From contig CBDBKE010000004.1 of assembly GCA_965206645.1 (NCBI GenBank), forward strand, positions 2,048,001-2,112,000: a stretch of 64,000 nucleotides of DNA, in the 5' to 3' direction. Below the pieces are notes generated by a model that saw only the letters and a list, made by a program, of their open reading frames with translations, was not told the DNA's origin and searched no databases. Made by a program: the position numbers and the translations under genes. The DNA comes from Terriglobia bacterium. Lineage in GTDB: Bacteria > Acidobacteriota > Terriglobia > JAJPHL01 > JAPKYU01. Of this stretch, positions 10,004 through 17,251 are shown piece after piece. Within the stretch, counting starts at the first letter, position 1, and each line of letters begins with the position of its first letter.

Positions 10004-10744
10004 TCAAAACCGGAATCGGATGCCTGACTCAATCTGGTCGGCATCGATCGGCCCACCTCGGCTGGAGCGAAAGCGATAGCCAAAGCGGAACTCCACGCGT
10101 TTGGAGACCCGAGCCGAAAGGCCCCCCATGATCTGATAGGCAAACCGGGAATCCTCGTATGCGGTGGTATTGAGGGCTTCGGTGGGGATGCCGCCTGGTC
10201 CAATGATGATGTCGCCTAGTCCAATGACGCCGGACGGGAGGGGGCCGAACTCAATGGAGACGGTAGAGGTTTTATCGTGGAAGAAAGCTCCCAGGCCGAA
10301 CCCAACATAGGGACTCACTCTCCATTTGGGATAGCGGTAGTAGACATTGCCCATGAGGGACTGGGTCTTGATTTCTCCGTCGAACCCTATGACGGGCGTG
10401 ATGATGGTGGCATCTGGTTGGGAGACTTGTCCGTCTGGCTCGGAGAAGGTGAGGGGCGGGATGTTCCGAGAGGAATTTTCAATACGATTGCCAATCCCGG
10501 CTTTCTGGTATCCCCATTCAATCTCGGTGGAGAAACCCTCTTTGAAGGCGTACCCGAAAGCCGCCGTAAAACCAGGGCCAGCTTTCAAACCGAGGCCCGC
10601 TAGGGGATTCGGGTCGTATGGAAAAACGGCTGATCCAGCAAAACCGAGGAAGAACTTGTCGTCTTCGTCAGTCTCCTGCGCACTCAGAGGGCTAGACAGG
10701 GGCAAAACGACAAGCAGGGTGAAAAAATATCGACGGAGATTCAT
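10004..10744 (-). CDS. Outer-membrane beta-barrel protein
   Basis: Signal peptide MNLRRYFFTLLVVLPLSSPLSA; SPYVGFGLG, FAYQIMGG, terminal IRFRF. Confidence 0.85.
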   Translation of the reverse strand: MNLRRYFFTLLVVLPLSSPLSAQETDEDDKFFLGFAGSAVFPYDPNPLAGLGLKAGPGFTAAFGYAFKEGFSTEIEWGYQKAGIGNRIENSSRNIPPLTFSEPDGQVSQPDATIITPVIGFDGEIKTQSLMGNVYYRYPKWRVSPYVGFGLGAFFHDKTSTVSIEFGPLPSGVIGLGDIIIGPGGIPTEALNTTAYEDSRFAYQIMGGLSARVSKRVEFRFGYRFRSSRGGPIDADQIESGIRFRF

Positions 10745-10757
10745 ACCGCGCTCGGCC

Positions 10758-10922
10758 CTAGCTGGCCGTGGCCCGCCCGCTGATAGCCTCGCGTAATCCT
10801 TCCAGCAAGCATTCCAGGTGCGCCATGCGTTCGCGCGGTTGAGCAACTTCGGCGCGAATCTCTGCGATCTCGCCGCGCAGTCCCGCGATCTCGCCAATGG
10901 GTCTCAGTCCGTCTTTACTCAT
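10758..10922 (-). CDS. Small coiled-coil protein (54 aa, not in ORF track)
   Basis: MSKDGLRPIGEIAGLRGEIAEIRAEVAQPRERMAHLECLLEGLREAISGRATAS; ATGA overlap with the upstream ORF. Confidence 0.5.
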   Translation of the reverse strand: MSKDGLRPIGEIAGLRGEIAEIRAEVAQPRERMAHLECLLEGLREAISGRATAS

Positions 10923-11494
10923 GGGTTGCACCAAGCGGCGATTGCGCTAGCGACGGCAGCCGTGGCGGCTACCACCGCAGCCGCTACGACAATCCAAGCT
11001 ATGATCTTTTCCTGCCGTCCCAGGCTAAGCCCCGCCGTTGTCGCAGTTAGCGAGGTGAGCGAGGAAAGTGAATCTTTGTTCCACCCTGCGTTGAACTCGC
11101 CGTCGGCGTTTCCGACTTGTTGCCAACTCTCGCTCTCAAGAATCAACGCTGGGAGTAGTTGACCTGTTCTGACTGGGTTGCCGTCAATTCGTCCTACTCG
11201 TTGGCATGCTTCTCCCCAGTCACCGACGGGTAGTTGAATTTCGATTTTGTGTTTGGGGGACTGGCCAACCTCATGCTCACCTTGGGCCTCTTGGGCAACC
11301 TCCTCGCAGCGCTTTCTTATGTTCTTTACAGCCTCTGGATTCTTGCGGATCTGATCAATTCCTTCGAGGATGACATCCCTAGCTGGTTTCTTGCCCCGGC
11401 CTTGCACCCAGTGGCTCCATGCGTTATCAGGCATCTCCCAACACAGGGTTGTCGTTTCTTTCGAGCTTGGCCTTCCAGCAAGCATGGCTGTCAC
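10919..11494 (-). CDS. Hypothetical protein with C-terminal TM helix
   Basis: 191-aa ORF, hydrophobic C-terminus, preceded by repeat B. Confidence 0.5.
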   Translation of the reverse strand: MTAMLAGRPSSKETTTLCWEMPDNAWSHWVQGRGKKPARDVILEGIDQIRKNPEAVKNIRKRCEEVAQEAQGEHEVGQSPKHKIEIQLPVGDWGEACQRVGRIDGNPVRTGQLLPALILESESWQQVGNADGEFNAGWNKDSLSSLTSLTATTAGLSLGRQEKIIAWIVVAAAVVAATAAVASAIAAWCNP

Positions 11495-11522
11495 CCGTCT
11501 CTTTTATGCTTCACAGCTTTTC

Positions 11523-11552
11523 ATTCTCCCATGTTCCTCAGACAAGACAGGG
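11523..11552 (-). promoter_or_regulatory. Repeat B copy 2
   Basis: ATTCTCCCATGTTCCTCAGACAAGACAGGG; 28/30 identical to copy 1. Confidence 0.55.
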
Positions 11553-11600
11553 GTGGCTACGTCACTTGGCGGGCGCGGCGGTTTTTAGCTCAGCGCCAGG

Positions 11601-11813
11601 TCATGAAGCAGCTTCGACGTACTCGGCGGTGCTCGTAGGTTCCGGAATGGGATCTCCAGTCTCTCGCATGCCCTTGAGATGTAACTGGATGCCCTCGTGG
11701 ATAAGTTCTCGGACCTCTTCTTCGGTTTCACCAGCGGCCACACACCCCGGAAGGTCCGGCACGTAAGCAGAGCAGCCCTTACCGCCCTTTTCTATGATGA
11801 TCAGATATTTCAT
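11601..11813 (-). CDS. hicB: HicB antitoxin
   Basis: AYVPDLPGCVAAGETEEE. Confidence 0.92.
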   Translation of the reverse strand: MKYLIIIEKGGKGCSAYVPDLPGCVAAGETEEEVRELIHEGIQLHLKGMRETGDPIPEPTSTAEYVEAAS

Positions 11814-11998
11814 CTCTTTAACCCTGCCTGACGCCTGACTGAGGCCACGGTCCCTTTCTTCATTTCCGCTCCGAGACGCCCGCTGATGGTTACTTTGCCT
11901 TTTTTGACAGAATGATGGTACTGCCGATGACTACCACGAGTCCCCACTAAATACCACCCGTCGTTTTCGATCATCCTGATAACATCCCGCACCTTCAC
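11810..11998 (-). CDS. hicA: HicA toxin
   Basis: GWYLVGTRGSHRQYHH. Confidence 0.92.
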   Translation of the reverse strand: MKVRDVIRMIENDGWYLVGTRGSHRQYHHSVKKGKVTISGRLGAEMKKGTVASVRRQAGLKR

Positions 11999-12147
11999 GA
12001 CGCATGCTCAAGGGCGGTGGCGATCTGGTCCACTTGGATCAAGTGGTGAAGCGCCTGGGGCGTGGCGTCGTGGATTGCCTTCACCGGCGCGTCCAGGTCG
12101 GAGAGGGCATCACCGATGGGAACCAACTCGCCGCGTTTACGCTGCAT
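11995..12147 (-). pseudogene. Second RepA N-terminal fragment
   Basis: MQRKRGELVPIGDALSDLDAPVKAI versus repA MQRQRGELVPVGEVIADLDGPVKAL. Confidence 0.75.
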
Positions 12148-12540
12148 GGCTTCTCATAGTCCTGAGCGCCGATGGCCCTATTCGTCACCACCAGGCTCTT
12201 TAGGGAGCAGAACATCAAGGGCATCATGTGCATCCTTGCCCGTCTTCCCGATGGCATGCGAGCTCACCGTCTTCGGTAAAGCCATCAATGCCAATGATCT
12301 GAACGGCCCCATAACTCTTACGAATCCGCTCCGCGAGCGCGGGGGCTTCGTAGACGACCATCACGGCGCTGTGAACTGTAAATTCTGAAAACTCAAACAA
12401 GCTTGGCTCACCTGGAGCCCCCGTCGGCGTCATGTCTTGAAGAACCGAATCTCAAGAAGTTCTTGCGCTTCTTTGTCGCCCTTCTTGGCCTCAGAGATGG
12501 TGTGTAAAATCTGCTCAAGCTCATATTCCCATCCGCCGTG

Positions 12541-12575
12541 TGTCAAGGGCGGAGTAAAACTAGACCACTCCGGCG
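12541..12575. mobile_element. Solo IS21 terminal repeat
   Basis: TGTCAAGGGCGGAGTAAAACTAGACCACTCCGGCG is the reverse complement of 56987-57021. Confidence 0.85.
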
Positions 12576-12579
12576 AGAT

Positions 12580-13431
12580 TTACTTGTCCTTCAGTAGCTC
12601 CCGGGTCTTTGGTTGCCATTCCCGCGCCAACCGCTGGGCTTCGGCGATTTGTGAAGCAGTCATCTGCTCTGCCAGTTCGTCTCTTCCTGATCGGTAGCTC
12701 TCCGCCAATTTCCCCGTAGTCGTTCGTAAAGCGGCCAAGTTAATCCACTTGTGGGCTTGGACATAGTCCTGGGGAACGCCCTCACCAAGGGCGTACATAA
12801 ACCCGAGGCGGTATTGGGCGTCGGCATCCCCCTGCTCGGCGGCCTTGCGATACCAACCCACGGCCTCTTGGTAGTCCCGGGGAACGCCCACACCGTTGTC
12901 GTACCTGAGCCCGAGGTTGTATTGGGCGTCGGCTTGCCCCTGCTCGGCGGCCAGGCGGTACCACTTCACGGCCTCCTGATAGTCCTGGGGAACGCCATCG
13001 CCGTTGTCGTACATGTCCCCGAGGTTGAATTGGGCGTCGGCTTGCCCCTGCTCGGCCGCCAGCCGGAACCACCTCACGGCCTCCTGGTAGTCCTGGGGTA
13101 CGCCATCGCCGTTAGCGTACATGACCCCGAGGTTGAATTGGGACATGGCGTCTCCCTGCTCGGCGGCCAGGCGGTGCCACTTCACGGCCTCATGGTAGTC
13201 CTGAGGAACACCCTCGCCGTTGTCGTACTGGACCCCGAGGCTGAATTGGGCGTCGGCTTGCCCCTGCTCGGCGGCCAGGCAGTACCATTTCGCGGCCTCC
13301 TGGTAGTCCTGGGGAACACCCTCGCCGTTGTAGTACCTGCGCCCGAGGAGGAATTGGGCGTCGGCGTCTCCCTGCTCCGCATTCAAACACAGTTGTTCGA
13401 CTTCTGTGGTATGTTTCATCTGGGTCTCCAT
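12580..13431 (-). CDS. Sel1-like repeat protein
   Basis: Tandem 36-aa (108-bp) units AEQGxADAQFNLGxMYxNGxGVPQDYQEAVKWY. Confidence 0.95.
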   Translation of the reverse strand: METQMKHTTEVEQLCLNAEQGDADAQFLLGRRYYNGEGVPQDYQEAAKWYCLAAEQGQADAQFSLGVQYDNGEGVPQDYHEAVKWHRLAAEQGDAMSQFNLGVMYANGDGVPQDYQEAVRWFRLAAEQGQADAQFNLGDMYDNGDGVPQDYQEAVKWYRLAAEQGQADAQYNLGLRYDNGVGVPRDYQEAVGWYRKAAEQGDADAQYRLGFMYALGEGVPQDYVQAHKWINLAALRTTTGKLAESYRSGRDELAEQMTASQIAEAQRLAREWQPKTRELLKDK

Positions 13432-13555
13432 TTCGTCCCTTCCCCCGGCTTTCCTCCCAATCCGTTCTGCCCATTCTCCCACGTCCCAAGACAAGAATCA
13501 CCGGAAACGACCAGAGAAAGGGGGCGAACGGATCAGCCGGGTGATCTACAATCCA

Positions 13556-13885
13556 ATGGCGTTTCACGCGGATCGAGCCGCTGTCGCGGAGCAACCCTCA
13601 ATCATCGAGCATCTGGACGACGGCCCCCTCGAAGCCCTCCTGGCTGATGAATCGGTAACTGAGGTGAATCCGGAGACCGGCGAAGAATTGCTTTCGATCC
13701 GATTCGCCAATAGCGATGATAATGTGCTCCTAAGCCGGTCCTACACGCTGCGCCATGATCAGCTGGCGCTGGCCCGCGCGCTGAAGTTCCTGAGGCCCCG
13801 GTTCGGCAAGCAGAAACTATCGGACATCACACCGAAGGATATCGAATCGTACCTGATGACCAGATTGAACACAGTCAGGATGGCG
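13556..13885 (+). pseudogene. Chimeric remnant: CpaF-like N-terminus plus integrase core-binding fragment
   Basis: GPLEALLADESVTEV then FGKQKLSDITPKDIESYL; cut at repeat A copy 2. Confidence 0.55.
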
Positions 13886-13887
13886 TC

Positions 13888-14139
13888 TTCCACGGTTTTC
13901 ACCCAACTCCTTCCTCTCGTTTCTCTTGCACAACTTCGGGGCGTCTGCTTTCGCTCGCAACGCCTACGGCCCAGCCCCCTTGATGGGCGAGTTTTCTGAC
14001 AGTTTCTTGACAGTCGTTGCTGCCACGGTCATGCTCTACGGGCTGCGCAGCACGTTGTTGCAGTAATGGTTTTTGATCTGCAATAGCCCGGCTCCTCGTT
14101 AGGACGCGCTTTGTCGAGCCGGGGGAACTACTTTCCCTA
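13888..14139 (+). repeat. Repeat A copy 2
   Basis: Aligns over ~250 bp with 3495-3744. Confidence 0.9.
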
Positions 14140-14553
14140 ACCCACCACCCTCTGCGTCGGGGTCCACAACGAAGCTGTAGTGACCGCTCTCTATTTTCTT
14201 CTTCGCCTTTGCAAATCATTTATCCGGAGGCGTCAATTTCTCCTTTTCTCCGCAACCCACGAGTGATTGGGCAAGCGCTTTTTCCGCCAGGGATCGGCCG
14301 ATACGTCCCTTTCCATCCTCAGAAGGGATGGATGTGCGATCCTGGCCCAAGTCAGAGCAGACCCCCTGTCCGGCATGGCTGCGACCCGACCGTATCATGC
14401 GATGAAACGATCCATCCTCCGCCGTTATTCGGTTGGACGGTGGCGCTTCGTAGTGGACCCTCTGCTAGTGAGTTGGGGGCACCGGGCCGGCAACCACCAA
14501 TACCTTTTCCCATGGAGAGGACATTCAGGAACCCGGCCTTGGGTGAGGACGGA

Positions 14554-14880
14554 TCAGGCTGTGACTTGGACGCTGTGCGCCGGCACCTGATCGAGCCTGT
14601 CGGCCAGGCGATCCTGTTCCCTCTCCAGGTCGTACTGGCTCTGGAGGCCCATCCAGAACTCTGCAGAGTTGCCAAAGAAGCGCGAGAACAGTAGGGCTGT
14701 CTCCGCCGTGATCGACCGCTGACCGTGGATGATCGCATGGATCCGGCGAGCATCCACACCGATTACCTGAGCCAGTCGGTACTGGCTGATCTTCAGAGGG
14801 CCGAGAAACTCCTCATTAAGAATCTCACCGGGGTGAATGGGGGGTAGTTTTTTGCGGCTACGCGCCACTGATCTGCTCAT
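14554..14880 (-). CDS. higA: HigA antitoxin
   Basis: PIHPGEILNEEFL, SITAETALLFSRFFGNSAEFWMGLQ. Confidence 0.95.
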   Translation of the reverse strand: MSRSVARSRKKLPPIHPGEILNEEFLGPLKISQYRLAQVIGVDARRIHAIIHGQRSITAETALLFSRFFGNSAEFWMGLQSQYDLEREQDRLADRLDQVPAHSVQVTA

Positions 14881-14917
14881 GTCTTTGACTCCTTCTTGCT
14901 CTCAGGTCCTTGCGCTC

Positions 14918-15199
14918 TCAATGGTAATCCACGATCTCGACCTGATAGGCATTCCCTGGCTTCCAGAAAAAGCAGATCCGCCACTGGTCGTTGATACGAA
15001 TGCTGTGCTGACCTTTTCGGTCTTCTAAAAGCGCCTCCAGACGGTTCCCTGGAGGCACCCGCAGATCGTTCAAGTTCTTGGCGTTGTTCAAGATCATCAG
15101 TTTGGCCTGGGCACGGCGCTGGATGTCCGCGGGAAATGTCCTGCACCGTTCGCGGTTTGCAACCGCTTCGGTATCGAGGTTCTTGTAACTCTGGATCAC
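14918..15199 (-). CDS. higB: HigB/RelE toxin
   Basis: PPGNRLEAL, HSIRINDQWRICF. Confidence 0.95.
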   Translation of the reverse strand: MIQSYKNLDTEAVANRERCRTFPADIQRRAQAKLMILNNAKNLNDLRVPPGNRLEALLEDRKGQHSIRINDQWRICFFWKPGNAYQVEIVDYH

Positions 15200-15820
15200 C
15201 TCTCAGCTATAGTGTGATCCACTAATAGTGTCAAGAGCTATTATCGATCGAAATTATGATCCGCCGGTCGAGTTCGAGCAGCAGGCGGAAGGACTGCTAA
15301 TGATGTCGCTCCGCGACGACATGCTTGCTTGGCCCCCCCGACTCTCGGGACTTGCCGCTTTCGGGCCAGAATTGATGCCTCCAGATGTTGTCTGAGCTAT
15401 GGGTACTTGATCGAAGCTCGCATATTCGTAGCTAGAAAGTAGGATCGGAAGCGTCGGGAACTGTCCCCCCGTTGATGCGCGTGTTGCCCTGGCGAGGCTT
15501 CCTGCTGAAATGAAGCTTGTGGCCCCATACCGTTCACTTTGGCAAGAATACATCCTGTAATTTCCTTCGCACTGCGGTCCATTCGCCGGGGGATAACGGT
15601 CCGGTTCCAGGTGCCCCGTCCCGGCTGCGATTCCCCAAGCAGGCTTGCCGCCTACGACCGGAGAACGGGTGTGAGGTTGCGCCATTTGCCGCTGGCCTTC
15701 GCTGGTTCCGCTTTGTTCCGACGCAAGGCTCGCGCCAGAACGGTCCCCTCGCCTGGGGGCGTCTGTCACTCCCTCTTGCCCTTGTCGGCCCTGCCCGTCA
15801 CTGGCTTCGTCGGCGCTGTT

Positions 15821-15890
15821 CCTCCCGTGTCAGGGTTTGGCCGTTTCCGCCATTTGCGGGTGAGCGGAAACGCTCACAAACCCTTAAACT
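15821..15890 (+). promoter_or_regulatory. Long hairpin, candidate single-strand (Frpo/ssi-like) promoter
   Basis: AGGGTTTG..CGTTTCCGC..GCGGAAACG..CAAACCCT stem upstream of an AGGAGG RBS. Confidence 0.45.
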
Positions 15891-15908
15891 TTCAGGAGGA
15901 AACACATC

Positions 15909-16157
15909 ATGGCTAACCCCAAACCCATCTCTGAAGTCCGCATCGGTCGCGTCAAGGCTGCGATTTGGCCGAACGGAACCGACGGCCGCACGCGGCACAA
16001 TGTCACCTTCTCCCGTCTCTACGAGGACGGCGATGAATGGAAGAACACGCAGAGCTTCAGTCGCAACGACCTGTTGCTGCTTGCCAAAGTGGCCGATCAG
16101 GCCCACTCGCGCATCTTCGAGCTTCAGCAGGAAGAAGAGCCTCAGGCAGAATCCTAG
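15909..16157 (+). CDS. Small plasmid/phage-type protein, possibly ssDNA-binding
   Basis: Strong RBS; VKAAIWPN...NVTFSRLY..GDEWKNTQSF; acidic tail. Confidence 0.75.
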   Translation: MANPKPISEVRIGRVKAAIWPNGTDGRTRHNVTFSRLYEDGDEWKNTQSFSRNDLLLLAKVADQAHSRIFELQQEEEPQAES

Positions 16158-16370
16158 TGCGACGCGCATCAGAGAGCGGCGGGGCCGGTCCCCGCCGCTC
16201 TCCGCTCCTTATCGTGAGTGAAGTTTACGAGGCGCTCCGCGAGATTGGAGCGAGCAAAGAAACGGCCAAGGCCAGCAACTGAGACCAAACCTTAAGCCGA
16301 CAATGAAATCTCTTGATTCAGTGTTTCATCTAGTCTATACTAGAATAGTCTAGATCGATTAGAGGGTATT

Positions 16371-16646
16371 ATGACCGCCCAACATGCTAAGCCTCACCGT
16401 GTATGGACCGTCGCCGAGGCCAAGGCGCGCCTGTCTGAAATCCTGCGGCTTGCCGAAGAGGAGGGGCCGCAGCACATCGGCACACGCAGGCCGTTCGTTG
16501 TTGTGCCCGCCCCTGCATGGCATGCAAAAATGCGAACACGGAAACCTCTCGGCCAGTGGCTGGCCGACAACATGCCGCGTGGGATAGAGCTGAAAACCCC
16601 GAGCCGGCGCGAGCCAGGACGAGAGATTCCATTCGTTGACGGGTAA
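16371..16646 (+). CDS. Phd/YefM antitoxin
   Basis: WTVAEAKARLSEILRLAEEEGPQHI. Confidence 0.9.
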   Translation: MTAQHAKPHRVWTVAEAKARLSEILRLAEEEGPQHIGTRRPFVVVPAPAWHAKMRTRKPLGQWLADNMPRGIELKTPSRREPGREIPFVDG

Positions 16647-16651
16647 GGCGC

Positions 16652-17077
16652 GTGACTGGATTTCTGCTGGACACCAACGTGGTCTCGGAGCTGACGAAAG
16701 AGTCGCCGGACCCAGGGGTCATTGCGTTTCTGTCGGAACAGGACGACCTGTGGCTATCGGCGGTCGTGCTGCATGAGTTGGAGTTCGGTTTGCAACTCCT
16801 TCCGCGGGGACGCCGTCGAGACGGCTTGCGGCAAGCTCTATCGGAACTCATAGCGGAGTACGAAGACCGGATCCTCCCGCTGGTGCGTAACGAGGCGGAG
16901 TGGGCTGCGCGGCTTCGAGCGCAAGCTCATCTGTCCGGGCGCGTGCTGCACCTGGGCGATGCGCTAATCGCAGGAACAGCCAAAGCTCACAGCCTCTCGA
17001 TCGCAACGCGGAATATAGGGGATTTCAACGGACTGGACATCAACGTCATCAACCCCTGGGAGGTACTGTCAAGTTAA
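16652..17077 (+). CDS. vapC: VapC PIN-domain toxin (last codons supplied by the MITE)
   Basis: LLDTNVVSE, DALIAGTA, ATRN. Confidence 0.92.
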   Translation: MTGFLLDTNVVSELTKESPDPGVIAFLSEQDDLWLSAVVLHELEFGLQLLPRGRRRDGLRQALSELIAEYEDRILPLVRNEAEWAARLRAQAHLSGRVLHLGDALIAGTAKAHSLSIATRNIGDFNGLDINVINPWEVLSS

Positions 17078-17192
17078 GCAGTTTGGCGGCATTCTCGCCG
17101 CCCGCCGCCACCGCTAAGTCATTGATTCTCAGCCTCTGATCCAGCAGAATCCTTCCGCAAAACGGGCAGATTCTGCTCAACTTGACAGTACC
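17062..17192 (+). mobile_element. 131-bp MITE copy 1
   Basis: 20-bp TIR GGTACTGTCAAGTTRAGCAG; three near-identical copies in the window. Confidence 0.9.
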
Positions 17193-17251
17193 CTCCTGAT
17201 ACCTCTTCGAATATGGTCTTTTGCTGGCCAGTTATCAGCAGCGGCCTTGAC

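Noticed and set aside
12780-13380. Regular repeats as a CRISPR array
   Set aside because: They are 108-bp coding Sel1 units with no unique spacers; no cas genes in the window.
12751-13647. 298-aa plus-strand ORF
   Set aside because: Antisense shadow of the Sel1 gene.
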